Source: Styela clava
Taxonomy: Eukaryota
Direction of reading: 5' to 3'
Length of the DNA: 64,000 nucleotides
NCBI RefSeq assembly: GCF_964204865.1
Contig: NC_135262.1
Location: 8,990,001-9,054,000, forward strand
A program made the position numbers and the translations under genes. A model generated the notes under the pieces. That model was not told where the DNA came from. It saw only the letters and a program-made list of their open reading frames with translations, and did no database searches. This document shows positions 1 to 13,992 of this stretch, piece by piece; position 1 is the first letter of the stretch, and each line of letters starts with the position of its first letter.

Positions 1-1387
1 AACCTAAATTTTTGGACGTCGTCGTAAAACTTGACCAGCTGAAGGAAGATTTTCTAAAAATAAATCCACTCGGAAAAGTTCCTGTACTAAAAGATGAAAG
101 CTTTTGCTTAAATGAAAGGTAGTATTAGTACATAAATGAAAGTTATCAAAAGACTAGGAACGTAATTGAACAATTTTATGGCGCGTCATTTGGAGAAGGC
201 ATTAGACAAGCAATGGATAACAGGTTAAAAATCAGAAATATTTCAGATCTACATCTGGTTGAGGGGGTGGGTGCGAACATGGAGATTGATTCCGATATTT
301 TAAACCCTCAATGTCAAGATAGGTAAATCCAATTCTTTATCACACCTAGCCTGTTACAGGAACAGGATGAAGCTTTGTATTTAGCCAATGTTCATTTCAG
401 CTTCAAAGTCTTAGTAGAAAGTTTTAACAGAAATACAGGGAATTAATATTTGTCTCAATTGTATTTTGGTCAAATGGGATTAGATTAGAAAGCTCTGAAT
501 ATCTAAATTAAATACAGTTCAGCCATATAATGAACAAATGATTAATGATCATATTCATTTTAATTTTTTTCAAGTATTTATATTTATGATGATATTTTTT
601 ATTCCGCAGTCACGCCATTGCTCAGTATGTCTCTCTCAAATATGAAGAAGATTACAAGTCGCAAAAATTATATCCGACAGATTTGCAGAATCAAGCAAAA
701 GTCAATTCGCTCATGTATCTTGAATCAAATTGCTTTTCAAAAATCTACAATTACGTGGTAAGTGTTTTTAATTGCAACACTGACGATGCTGGTAATATTG
801 TTTTCAAAACTGAAATCTTTAAATGCAAATTTTTGAGACAAGCAAAGCTAAATTTGAAACAAATTTCAGCTTTCTCATAGTATTATTTTAAATACTTGTA
901 ATATGTAATTGTACTTTTAATTTTATTTTTATTAATTATCACCTCACTTTGTAGCACTTAGGACTGTGGTTGAGTGATCAACCACCAAGAAAAGACAGAT
1001 TGAATGATGTTTATTCGAGTTTGAATAGTTTGGAAACAATACTTGAGCGAAGCAAATTTCTTGCCGATGAACATCCAACATTGCCAGGTGAACACAGAAT
1101 TTCAGCTTTTGGAATAAGCATTTATTTATTTTTATTCGTCAGATTTCAGCCTAGTGTCTGATATTAAACTTTCAGATTTGTTTGCTATTGCAACAGTCAA
1201 CTTGCTCGATGTGGCAAAATTCAATGACTACCAGAAATATCCCCATCTTGTGGCGTGGAAACAAAGAATGCAGCAACTTCCACATTACGAAGAAAGCGTT
1301 GGGAAGCACTTTCGAGTGATAAATGATTTCTATCAGTCGAAAGCTTATTTAAACCTTCCTAAAAATGATTATTGGGGCATAAAATAG
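1..1387 (+). CDS. Glutathione S-transferase, theta/delta-like (GST-A), 5'-partial; exons <1-118, 610-757, 955-1087, 1176-1387
   Basis: Spliced translation gives ...KINPLGKVPVLKDESFCLNE/SHAIAQY...LYPTDLQNQAKVN...HPTLP/DLFAI...YPHLVAWKQRM, covering GST N- and C-domain motifs. All junctions are GT-AG and in frame. Confidence 0.93.
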
Positions 1388-3339
1388 TGTGCAGATAACG
1401 CTATCTTTAAAGGTATTGTACGGACTGACAATGCTCATCAATCAATGATAATATTCAACACAATATCTCCTCAATGGATACAGTATAATATACTTTCGTT
1501 GTGAAAATTAAATTTCCCACAATGTTTTCTATAGCGTGATTCTACATCTAACTCTTGGCGGCAGTGAAGCAGAGATAGGAGAAATTTATTATTTCGTCAA
1601 CCAGAAAAACAAGCATTGCATCAATAAAAAAATGTACCACAACATACGCAAAGTTTTCCGGTATAGACTGTGGGACGTAACGACCACACCATCAGAGTCA
1701 GCTTCCCCCAATCAGGATCGTCAGACGATTGTCCACTCAAATTTATGTTTGTTGCAACATTATTGTTAGAGAGTAAAATTAACTTGAAGGCTGGTTACAT
1801 ACTCTTTACAATTCTGCAACAGTGACTCGTATACAACCAACTTCGTATAGGCAGATGATCTGAATTTGAACGAAAAGATACGCTTAGTAAGCACGAGTAT
1901 TGCTATGAAGTTGGCGTACGCTTAAACGCCTGTAACGCCGAAGCAGACCACAATGGTAGGCTACTAGGCTACCTGTAGTCTGACCACCAGATTACTGAGA
2001 CGTGATCACGGAACCACGGTACAGTGCACAATTTTCAATTTTGATGTGAAAAACGATTATCATGGAATACATTGATATTTTTGAAATAAACAATTGTCTT
2101 CTAACGATAACAACGAGCTTTAACCAATGACAATGTCAAGGCAATTGGTCCAACAGTTGAAGGGAAAGACGACTCTTTTACAACAACAACAACAACGTGA
2201 TACATAGGTTCACTTCGTTTTCGATAAATAGTAAAGATTTCAATGGAGGTATAACTATTAATCAATATTATCAGACGAGTTGATTTAAAAATGCTTTTAC
2301 AAATTAATTTGTCACAATTAAATTGGGAAGAATGTAAGAATAAATAGTAGCGAATATCTAGATAACAACACGCATTCCTAATGAAGGGAAATTTCCGTGA
2401 CAAAGTTTCACATTAATCTGACGGACGGCGAGATAATTACGGTAACAATCGAAAATTAGGATTGTTGAAAGGACTCGGGGCGGCATTTCAACTTTTTTAT
2501 TCAAATATCTTATATCTTAATTATCATATATCTATATAATAAGATAAAATAAAGTCTACACTCTACATATATGGCCACGGTGAGGAAATCTTATAATTCA
2601 TTTTGTAATTCTTTTTACAATATCTGAACCATGATGTTGTCAAAAATGGGACTAGAGGAACAGGGTGGGACAAGTGTAAAGAAATGGGACAAATGTGAGA
2701 CAGGCGTTGTAATATCATATATATCTGATAACCCAACTGTTTCTGTAGAGACCTTATACGTGACGTTTCAAAAAAATTTGGGGATGAAAGATAAAATAAT
2801 CGTCACGGATCATCGATCGTTGTCTAATGAAAATTGATTAACAAGTTTCAAATAGTAAGCCTGACCGCTGTGAATGAACGCAAAAAATAAAAATAAGGAC
2901 CGTGCTTTGCAGTTTCGACCTTTTTGCCGTGTCATGTTAGGGCATCACTCTCTAGCTGAGTGATGCGATTCCAAGAAAGGCAATGTGGGGTAAAGTCAAT
3001 GAATATCAATTTGGATTTGTTGAAAAATACCTAAACGAAGAAATACATCTGAAAAATTTATACTGATCAGGCGACAGACAATTTGTCCAGCTATAAGAAA
3101 AATTATCTTATGAATTAATACTTTTACTCTCTAACTTAGTGCAAACTGGACGATTATTATCCAGCTACGAGGTATTTTAATTAAGATAGGTGGTAAGCCC
3201 AATGAACTCGTTAGTATAATCGTGGAAAAGATAACAAATTTCCATACATGGCTGGGTCGAGAATATCAATTTATGATCTAGACTGTAGGTGTAGGATATA
3301 TTCCTTTTCAGAACAAAGCTACGCACAGTCCGTATGGTA

Positions 3340-4385
3340 AGTAATAAATCTAAAAACCATACATGTACATTGTATAAGAGAAATATTTTCAGGCGATAAA
3401 TGATGGAGTGTGTTTAAAAGTAGCGTTGCATGTGTGCAGGACAAATTCCTTGTTGTGTCCTATTTTTGTTTTTTTTTGGCAGAAAAATGAAATCGAGGAT
3501 TCTATGACTAGATAAATTCTCTAGCGTTACAAGATACGATATATTTCTTTTACAATCTGCAAGCACGCATTGTTTTTTTGTTGTTGAATATTTCCGGTGT
3601 ATAGCAACAATGTGCAAATCAATTTGCACGATGCCATGAATGTCTAGACGCAAGAGCAAAACCTGATCGAAGAGAAAACATCTCAGAGACACTTCAATTG
3701 AGATCTTCTTTATTTCTTATATATACTTGAAAATTCTCGTATTCATAGACGTATTCCAAGTCAAAAGAACGGGAGATTTTATAAGCTAGAGCGATAGACA
3801 GAGATTTATTGTTACAGATGTTTCCAACATTATGAGTAATATTATTCGATGCTTTCACGAGACAGGGTGTCGGCTTGCGAATGGGTACTAGAAGCCAGCG
3901 AAGAGTTAATGGACGGGTATCTGTTTATTTATATTGGTGCATGTGATAATTTCTTATACCATCTGGACAAACTGTCACCTGGTAATGTGGATTGTACAGC
4001 AATCAACTTATGATCGAAACTGGAGCATATATGCCCATTTTCAAACATTGGCACCAATCCACAGTTCTTTTGTCAAGTAATAAATCAGGAATATATACAT
4101 GTATGTTTGTATATTATATTAAATAAAGGAAACGTTATTAGACAACAAGTAATTGAATGCTCATGTGTTCGAAAGTAGCGTGGCATGTGTGCAGGACAAA
4201 TTCCTTGTGTTGTTCTATTTTAGTTTATTGGCAGACAAATAAATTTTGTGATCAAATAAATTTTTTAGTGTTCAAAGATACGATACATTTGATTGCCAAT
4301 CCGGTGCGTGTAAGCTAAAACGTGCAAATCAATTTCACGTTTTATAATTGAATGCAATCATGCTGTCATAAATGATTAGACGCTA
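3340..4385 (+). repeat. Diverged direct duplication (~3340-3655 and ~4077-4385) upstream of GST-B
   Basis: Shared blocks in the same order, e.g. AAAGTAGCGT(T/G)GCATGTGTGCAGGACAAATTCCTTGT, AAGATACGATA and GTGCAAATCAATTT. Confidence 0.7.
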
Positions 4386-4662
4386 GCGAAATAACATCAG
4401 ATTTTTGTAAAACTACATCATAGAAGATTGAGTACTAGCTAGGCATTTGTAATGTTGCCACAATATTATCGGTTTGATTCAATGAAATGAATTTTGTGGT
4501 TAACTTGGTTGCAACTCAAGATCAACTTGATCTAAGAAAATATATTTATAGACAGTCTTTTTTTAGCATAAATCATAAAACATATCGTACTACTGATACC
4601 GCCTAAATAAAACCAAATATTCTCTCAGTAGCTAGCTTAGAATACTGCAACCTCGAGATTAT

Positions 4663-6446
4663 ATGCAGAAGATGGAGTTCTACTACCATCCTTTTAGTTC
4701 ACCTTGCATGGGAGTCTGGTTCACTCTCAACCAATTGGGCGTAAACTTTGAACTTAAATTTGTCGACCTAATTACGGAAGTTGACCAGCGAAAGGAAGAA
4801 TTTTTGAAAATGAATCCACTTGGAAAAGTTCCTGTACTTAAAGATGGAGATTTTTGTTTGAACGAAAGGTGAAATATTTATTGCAGTGGAATATATTTAT
4901 CCTATGCTGAAGCACTTTAACGGCTAGGCCATTGCGACGGCGCCATGGTACAAATGGTATGAGTTATATCCAACGTTAATCTTAAACGAAACCGTAACAG
5001 CCTCATCAAAATCCAGCCCACCAACTCATATATAAATTTTCTTAGTATATCTATTTGAGCTTAGCTTTTTATATTCTGCAGTCACGCCATTGCTCAGTAT
5101 TTATGTCTAAAATATGAAGCGGATGATACAGCTCAAAAGTTATATCCGAAAGATTTGCAGAATCAAGCAAAAGTTAATTCGCTTATGTATCTCGAATCTG
5201 ATTGCCTTTCAAAAATCTACAATTACGTGGTAAGTTTTTGTAATTTCAACATGATAATATTATATTGATTGAAAAATAAATTTTAAACACGAATTTATGT
5301 TACATTTCTATCTACACTGATTGCATTTTTATTATGCATGCAACTATATGACTATGTAGACGATATGACTATTTACAGCATAACAAAAAGCTTCAAATTC
5401 AGGACACGGATAATTTTGATGTTTCAACTCATAGTATTACTGTGGAGAAATTTTTAAGTAAATCATGAAAAGTCAGTTCAACTTTAGATTAATTTAACGC
5501 CTTCTCCCTCAGCGATATCTTAAATGCTTGTAATATGGTGTGAAGTCTTCGCAAATTTTAGTATTAGCTAACTCCACTTTTTGTAGAACTTGACCCTCTG
5601 GGCGCGTGATCAACCACCAAGGAAAGACAGATTGAATGATGTTTATTCGAGTTTGAATAGTTTGGAAACAATACTTGAGCGAAGCAAATTTTTGGCCAAT
5701 GAACATCCCACATTGCCAGGTGAATAATCAGCAATATTGATTTATCCGTCCCATTTTACTTTATTTTACGTTATGTCTAGTATTAACTGATGCTCAAAAC
5801 TTATATTTTAATTTTTCCTGGAAAAGGTCGACTAATGAGAGTTTCGTGCATTTTGAATAAGTTGTTTTGAGAATAAACAGAATATAATATAAAATGTGTC
5901 AAATTATCTTCGCAATCAATAGTTAAGTATTCTGAAAGAATTCTCTGATAATATAATTTCGAGCTAAATAAAAATTTCCTTTTTTTTCCTCAATACGTGG
6001 CCAATATACCTAATCCATAAGCCAATATACCAAACAACGTTATACTAATTTCATCAAATCAATACGTCACATTAACAGAACCCATTAATCCATTAACAGA
6101 ACCCTACAGAACTTTTGATCTTCGTCTCTTGAAACTATTCAGTCCAGTCATAAGACATAATGGGGCAAAGTTCTGGTTCTTTTTATTTTTGTTATCATTG
6201 AATGTCACTTTATTTTTTTATGTGAAATTTCCAGATCTGTTTGCTATTGCAACAGTCAACTTGCTTGATGTGGCAAAATTCAATGACTATCAGAAATATC
6301 CCAATCTTGTGGCGTGGAAACAAAGAATGCAGCAACTTCCACATTATGAAGAGAGCGTTGGAAAGCACATTCTAGCCATAACTGATTTTTTCCAGTCAAA
6401 AGCCTATTTAAATTTGCCGAAAAATGACTACTGGGGCATAAAATAA
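4663..6446 (+). CDS. Glutathione S-transferase, theta/delta-like (GST-B); exons 4663-4868, 5082-5229, 5587-5719, 6235-6446
   Basis: MQKMEFYYHPFSSPC...NPLGKVPVLKDGDFCLNE/SHAI...; catalytic Ser motif present; same exon structure as the paralogues. Confidence 0.95.
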
Positions 6447-6999
6447 TGTGGAAATATATATGTATTTTTAGTGATATGAAAGAATCATTGTCAAGGGCAT
6501 CATTGCTAAGAATAAATGGTGATATCTATTAACACAATATTCCGTTCATTATTCGATGAGAACGCTGTGTGTTGTTCAAATTTTATCTTCCACACTTGTT
6601 TCTATTGCGTTGTTTGCAGGCATCTTGTGACATCGACATTGAGACAATCAGAATTTTGACTTGTCTGACGAGTGAACTTTCGCCCTTGTTAAAACATTCA
6701 TTACTATCTCGTAACAATGACTTGTATAGCGCCAAGCTCGTTTTATCAATATCTCTCAGAGTAATATTTTAGAAATTTCGGCTAAAGGTGCCGCGGATCT
6801 TCGTTTAATAATTCTTGATGTGTCGACAAATAATACATCAGTTACACAATAAGCCAATGGGAATTAAACGTGTTTTTTCCATCCAGCCTCAAATGACGTT
6901 AGTTTTATCAGTTTTATCGTATCAATAAGCTACTTATAGTTTTCTCTGTTGTTTTCAGTCTTGCCAAATATTTTATTTTGGTGTTTTTATGCTGACGTC

Positions 7000-7345
7000 A
7001 CCGAAATCGCCAATCGAAGCGCTAAAAATTGCAAATCCCGTAATTTCATTTCAATGATTTCAGCAATAATAATAATTGTGGTAATAGTCCGGCAGATGAG
7101 GGGCCTTTTTGGGCCCTACCTTGTTTTCAGACATAAAGTTTTTTTTATTTGTGATTGTTCATCTTGGGGTTATTGCCAATCATTTCTACATGGGTGTGGA
7201 GTTTGCAGCCTTGAGCAATTTTTTTTACGGCTTGATATTTGTATTAGTGTTTTTCATCAAATCTGTGCACCATAATGGCGCACAACCTGAAACCTAACCT
7301 GTTACAATACTATGTTCTGGTTGTGCACAAACTACGGAAGCACCA
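7000..7345 (+). repeat. Repeat element with a degenerate palindromic MITE (7265-7345); an inverted copy lies at ~9351-9660
   Basis: ATAGTCCGGCAGA...GACATAAAGTTTTTTT is the reverse complement of ~9540-9592. The GGCGCACAACCTGA core is shared with 9351, 11443 and 18071. Confidence 0.6.
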
Positions 7346-7479
7346 AATTTACTAGGAAATAAAAATCAATAACTTTTAGGTATTTTTTGAACCCAGCTTT
7401 GGGTCGCGACCCATATACAGTATATGGAAATACTGTTGAAATACGCGTAAAATAAAGAGTACTATTTCAAAATACCCGC

Positions 7480-8230
7480 TTTTGTTGCAATTACCAATAC
7501 AAGCCTGCTCATGCAGTCGGCAGTGGTTCAAGTGGATATACACCCGGTGGAGAACAGTCAATTATTTGCTAGCAAGGATTGGTATGCAGCGTGATGATCA
7601 CGACGATGCAGTGAAAGATAATGCTATCACGAGAACAAGAATGAGAAAATTGCTACATTTTATAGTATATCCCTGGGAAAGAATGTAGTTCATTCTTATG
7701 TTCCTTACCAATGCTTTTCAAACTACCAAAGACTTTCAACACTTTTGCTTCTTCTCTTCTATGAAAATACATTGGATACATAGGAGGCCGTGGTTCCCTT
7801 TTAGGAAACCCTGTCATAAACTTAAATAGGCAACCGTGCTTCTCTTGCCTGTTGTCATGCTGTCCCTCGAATTCAGCTACAACAAAAAAATTCACAAAAA
7901 CGGGTTTTAGATTTTATGATTTCATTATTATTCTCGACAAGAAATGATATATATACGGTGAATTAATTGTGGTTGTTGGGGATGTTTCAAAAAAAAGGTT
8001 GAATGGAAAAAAAGGATTTGACAAAACGTGAAGGTTTGAGAGTAGTAGAGAAGTGGAAAAAATACTCCCATGTTTCTTCATTTGATAACCACGCCACAGA
8101 ACTTCTCCGATAAATATACGCAGCAATTGCAAGAGGCAGAAATGCCAAGATGGGATTTCATCGCATTGCAAACCAATATTAGCGATTCTCAGATATATTC
8201 GCGCATTCCCATCTGAACAGCGTGGAGAAG
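7480..8230 (+). mobile_element. Highly degenerate hAT-like transposase remnant
   Basis: TRWRTVNYLLARIGMQ (ORF 7482-7688) resembles the hAT TRWNSTYxMLxR motif. Near 8170-8220 a frameshifted NQY/LAIL...PSEQ resembles the hAT C-terminal YLAIPATSxPSER motif. No intact ORF. Confidence 0.35.
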
Positions 8231-9350
8231 ATTATACCTATCTACACACTTGAAAAACTATGTCAGATGAGCGTCATATTATTGAATATCAGTGAAGGAA
8301 TAGTGCAATGGGAAAAGACATATAAGGCGGAACTTTCAGTAATATGCATCAAATAATCTTATTGTGGAATATATATATTTAAAAATATTTCGTAACGCCA
8401 ACCGCAGTCCGAAACTTTTTGTCTCTGGCTGAGCTTAGATACCAATTGGCACTCATGTAAACTGGTAAGAGGCACGCGATGGAGCAGATAATATGAGTAT
8501 CCATCCCCCAGCTGTCATTTGAGTAGGTACTGCTGTTTTTATTGCAGATGATACTGATTTTTTTGTGTTAAAGATTTACTGGCATCGCCGATTTAAGGAT
8601 GTCAAGTGATGGATATAAATAAACCATTTGAAAACCAACACGCAGTATTACAAAACTTACTTCCAACACGCGGTTTGAATGAATAAAAAAGCTGAAACTA
8701 GTATTCTTTAAAACAGCAAACAAATTCTATGGAATGAAATCATACACAAAAGCTCGTCAAAAACCTATAGCTCAATAAACAAGTGGAATTTGATGCTTGT
8801 TCGCAAAAATGTGCGCGTTACTACGTACAACCGAAGGACGCAGGAAAATGTGTGTGATGTACTAGTGATCAAAATATTTGACTCAACTATGTTGGCATAA
8901 CAGATGCACATCTCGGTTTCGCATACGCATACCTTCTATCTTCACAAGGATATATTAATTTGACCAAGGTCAATGCTGCACCTGAAAGGTTGCGGTTCTT
9001 CCAAAAGAAAACACGTTACACATCTTTAGATACCAGTGGATGGTTTCACATGGCCTTGTTTGGAGTAAAAGACTAGGTCGAATATTCCAATCCATTTCAA
9101 CTAATGAAATATTTCCCAAGTCCCTAAGCTTTAAGCAGGAAAACGAAATGCCCGCAGCAACACAAATGTAGTTTGACGAGCGCAAAAGAAAGTGGCTAGA
9201 TGCTGTCGATGGATCTTGGCTTATATTAGTGAAATAAACTACCATTTATTCCACTAAAATTGAATTTCTGACATTGTAAGGAGATGCAATGTTACTATGT
9301 ATTCAAAACTAACCCATGTAGTTATGAAATAATTGTTTTTAACGAAAATG

Positions 9351-9448
9351 TGCTCCCGAAGTATTTGTACCAAGATGGCGCACAACCTGAACATTGCATG
9401 TGTACCAGGTTAGGATTCAGGATGTGCGTCATCTTGGACTTAATACTT
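9351..9448. mobile_element. Palindromic ~100-bp MITE copy
   Basis: CCAAGATGGCGCACAACCTGAA...TTCAGGATGTGCGTCATCTTGG inverted arms. Confidence 0.7.
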
Positions 9449-9960
9449 TAAATCCACTTAAAAAAAATTGCTCAACATTATATACTCCACACCCACCTGG
9501 GTATCATTATTTATGTCATATACATTATATCTAAACAATAAAAAAAACTTTATGTCCCAAAACAATGTTAAAGCCCGATTCTGCCGGACTATATCGTTTG
9601 TTACAAAATTACATAAGAAAACGCTGGGACTGAAGATAGAATTAGCATGCGTATTTTCAATTTGCTTCAATTTTTTGTGTCCGTTTGCCTAGACAGCTAA
9701 TAAAAAACGATTTGCTTGATTGATATTTCCCATATTTTCTTTCTTGACCTCTTCTATATTTTGAAATGTCAGTGATTTTCGTTATAGGAGCGAGAGTCAC
9801 ATTTTGATGGATTTTCGTTGTAACTTTATGATTTGTAAATGGGAAAGTTTTTTTTTGGTTAATTTATTCACAGGCCTTGGATATATTGCACGTGACTTCA
9901 TCATAGTAGAAGAGAGTGAAAATCTTACGTTGTCTGAAAACTCCGAATCAACAATATAAA

Positions 9961-10282
9961 GACGAGAATATCGGTCAGAGACTGAAGACTTATCGATCGA
10001 AAGTTAGGGGATCCCCCAAAACAGCACTCTTACTCCATAGTGACACCTTGTGTCCCATCACTAATTAATTAATAACTCGCTAACTATACGACATAATTCA
10101 TCCAAAATCAATAGGCTTCTGGTACGACATATGATGAATGTACATATGTGCTAAATCTGGAGCAGATTCAATCTTGCTTTCGTGAGATATCGCGTGCATC
10201 TAACAGACAGACAGACAAACAGATCAACAAACAGACAGGCATATACCTATCAACATACTCACCGATTAAAATCCATAAGTAA
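9961..10282 (-). mobile_element. Helentron-associated (HINE/DINE-1-like) non-autonomous element, family 1
   Basis: Subterminal inverted repeat ACTTA(T/C)CGAT/ATCGATAAGT, (GTCT)n microsatellite and terminal stem-loop TCGGTC..GACCGA. Five copies in the window. Confidence 0.7.
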
Positions 10283-10635
10283 TAATGGGATACAAATAGG
10301 CTAACAAAATATTCGTTTGTGCAAAATTGCTGCAAGGGTGTAATGTAGTCCATGGCTATATAGAATATAGATTATGGCAAAGGGCTTGCATGAATAGAGC
10401 GAATCTTCTTTTCTCTCAAACTTTAAAATATGCCCGAGTCAAACAAGTGATTTTCTAATTGCGAGATGGTCATCTATTCTGATAACTATCTAATTGGATA
10501 CCGGGAGAGAGGCCGCAACTTTCTATATGGAGGCGCTCGATTCCCAGAGAAGAAATTCGGATTAATTGTAGTTTAATGAGATGGGGCAAAAATTTTCGCT
10601 GTAAAAGACACACATCAATTTATTATAACTCTTAT

Positions 10636-10747
10636 GTGCAGAAGAAGAAGCTGTAGTATCATAATTTTAGTTCGCCAAGTAGCAGAGTCTTGTCCATTCA
10701 AGAGTGAACTATGAACTTAAATTCGTCGACTTCACCACGAAACCTGA
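10636..10747 (+). pseudogene. Relic of a GST-A/B-type exon 1
   Basis: GTGCAGAAGAAGAAGCTGTAGTATCATAATTTTAGTTCGCC...GAACTTAAATTCGTCGAC aligns to GST-B ATGCAGAAGATGGAGTTCTACTACCATCCTTTTAGTTCACC...GAACTTAAATTTGTCGAC. Start codon lost, in-frame TAG, internal deletion, no downstream exons found. Confidence 0.8.
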
Positions 10748-11442
10748 TATATCTTAACTTCAAGTTTCTCCAGTGAAAGGAAACAAAAGGGAATTTTATA
10801 TGGATGAAAAGTGAGATATTCATTAACCTGACAACCAATATCCCGATTTTTTAGACTCCTCCCTTCAAAAATACTCTTGCGAGAGTTCGTAAACCAAACA
10901 AAATGAGAAGGGTGTAATGGCAATTTCACTGAACTTGAGTTTGTATCCTAGCAATTTATTACACGTACATTTACTTGTGATACTATAAGTTATTTGTCAT
11001 ATTATAATCAATGAATTTTTTTTTAAATATTTCGATCGATAGAACTACACTTATGGTAAAAATATTTGACTAATGGGTAATATGGGGTTATGGTTTGGAA
11101 GTGAGGAAGAAAAGTGATTAAAATGAAAAAAAAATTGGCATCTCGTTTTGAACATAATGAGAGTTAACCTATAGGTGTTAAGTAGTTCAAAATTTGGGAT
11201 ATACGTATTGCAAAAAAAAAAATATAATTTAGACGCGTATTATCCCAAACTCACCCAACTATGATTTGAAAGTCTAAATTTATACTTCAGAATGAGTCAC
11301 ATTGGATTGCCCATTGTCCATCTACCTCATTACTACTGTATGTGCTTTGAAAATGTATTTTTATCTCATCAAACTTTGAAATACTATGCACGTCACAATT
11401 CTACGATTACGGTAAAGTGGGTAAACTTATAACTGTTCAATA

Positions 11443-11545
11443 GGTACTCCTAAAATATGCGCACCAAGATGTCGCACCACCTGGACCCTAACCTTGTACA
11501 CAGTCTGAGTTCAGGTTGTGCGCCATCTTGGTGCGTAATATATTT
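11443..11545. mobile_element. Palindromic ~100-bp MITE copy
   Basis: GCGCACCAAGATGTCGCACCACCTGGAC...TTCAGGTTGTGCGCCATCTTGGTGCG. Confidence 0.75.
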
Positions 11546-13992
11546 ACCTTGAACCAACAGAGTAGATCGACTTTGTCAGTCAATCATACGACCGAAAGTT
11601 TTATGGCTGTATATTATGATTGACTATGGTCTAACGCTAGAAGAGGCATTGTACATGACAAGTGAACAACAGCAGCAAAAGTAAGTCAGATTAAACTATG
11701 CAGGCAGCATATAACATGTTGGCAAACCCCGCCCTCACATCCAAATAAAAGTTGTGGTAATATAATTAAATATTATAGTAAGTGCAGTGTTTATTTTTTT
11801 GAAAGATCAGTTTTTTCAAATGTTAAAATAAATTACTCGATGTTTTGAAACAGAAATCCCACATCTGCCAACAAATTTTTCAAAATCGCCGATCTTCTGC
11901 ATTGCCTATCTCTAGAACTTGTATAGATAAGATTGGTTTTGAGCATATTGTGAGCATTCTTATGCAGTTGTATTGTTATTTCGAGGTAGCATAGCAACCA
12001 AAAATCCAAACATACAGCCTGAAATAGATCCCCCAAAAAGAGTCTCACAATCCAAAATAAATATCGACGCATTCTTGCTATAAAATGTGTATATTCAATC
12101 CCATAAAATAATTATACACACGTGGTAATATTCAAATTATCAAAGTTTTTGCATATTATATACATTTACTGGCATGTATTGATTTTGGCATAATTTCACC
12201 CAGTATTTTTCAAACTTCTCAAAGATCAAAACTGTAAATTTGGATGCGTGTGGCTTTTGTGTAATAAATGACTTGTGTAGAAATTCTTCATGACCGCAGA
12301 CATAAGTTCAAATCTATCAGTAAGATCACAAAAGAAATATATTTGGCAAATACCTGATATGTTTCAAGTATGATGTAACGAAAAACGTGCTGATTCATTC
12401 AACAGCAACTTTGGTGGGCTTCAGGAAATTCTATTCATTTCTGCATGTAGACGTATAAAAATTATTACACGATTTTTTGTTTGATATATTCGGCTTTGTT
12501 GATGCATGGATTGTGCCTCTATTTCTATATAAACAGGAATGTTTTACGCTGCGTCATCTCATCGACGAAATATTTTAAATGGTATATTCATCGTTGATTG
12601 TGTACATATGTACTATGAGCGATTATAACGGAAAAGTAATAAAATCCTGTTAATAGTTTACTAGACTGTTAAAAAATAATTTGCTACGAGTTGATCAAAC
12701 GAGTAAACTCGTTTACAGATTCCTATTTAACGAGATATCATTCTCTTAAACTACTGGTGAATTTAATGTATTTTGCATGCTTTTTAATGTAGAGAAATTT
12801 GACCCTAATCGTGACAAGGCATAGTGCCTACTCTTTTCACGGCGAAATAGGACGGATATTTATTTCGAATATTGATGGAATGCCGAATGCCCTATTTTGC
12901 CAAACCAACAACTTCTTTTTACCAATGCTGGAATGTTTTCAATTTTTGCATATATGTTGAGAAACTAAACGAGAGGTTACTAGTTTTAGGTAATCCAGTG
13001 TCCGATAACATAATCCTATTTAACACAGATTTGGAAAGAATCTGGGGGTTCTTGTTCAATGTATTTTTAGGTTTAGTGTGTATTGACTACGAGAAGTATG
13101 CAAGTGTTCAAGATATTTTCAAAGCTCGATTACGTGTCTCGAACTAATTTTATTGTATTCTGAATATCTTCGTGTTCTGTATTTCAAGTTTAGAAAAAAA
13201 ATGAGACACTGCTCATTTGTAAAATCAATTTCTCATGAGATGTCTCAAAAAATAAGCTACACAATCAGTATGTACATATAGTTGTTGTTTCAAGCGTTAT
13301 TTACTAAACTGTTCAGATATCAAGCTGTTTCCGTACAACGACGTGGGGAATTAGTTTCCTAGTAGAACAGAATCGTTAAAATAAAAGCAAATTGATTGAT
13401 CTCCTAAGACTTGTCTAATACATATATATCGATAGTAATTTTTGCGAGTCTCTATTTAAAAAGCATTAGTGTATCACATATTGAAAATTACGTCGTTCGT
13501 CAATATTATACGACAGCTTTCAACATCTAACACTTCAATAATCTTTAAAGTGCTATATAACAACAACTCTTGAACGTTATTATAACACAATATCATACTT
13601 TTCGGGAAGAGAAGTAAAGGCTGTAGTCATTAGAGATATAATCAAATCTCTGAAACATGGGAATGCATTCAAAAAGAGCGGATTAGTGAAGCGCAATAAG
13701 TCAGTTTTAGAATATTGAACGGGAAATAGGCAATTTTCGAAAATGTTATGATTCTAAGAACTGACAGTTTATATGATATTCATTTTCTAGCATGAAAGAT
13801 ATGATCCTCCGCAGACAATGCTAATACATGTTGGGAGTAACGACGGAATATAATATATGTTAGAGGTTGCGAGGCAGATAATTCTAATCGAAAAACACTT
13901 GTAAAACATTTGTTAAACATGCAGATTTAAACGGTGTACTTGAAATTCGTAAATAGTTTATTCGTTAGCAAACTAATTCAAGCAAGACAAAT

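Noticed and set aside
1536-3692. Assorted 60-110 aa ORFs here and in other intergenic or intronic regions
   Set aside because: No motifs, paralogues or consistent splice partners; expected by chance with alternative start codons in AT-rich DNA.
8400-8600. LSLAELRYQLAL, faintly like a piggyBac C-terminal segment
   Set aside because: Too short and degenerate; no TTAA-flanked termini identified.
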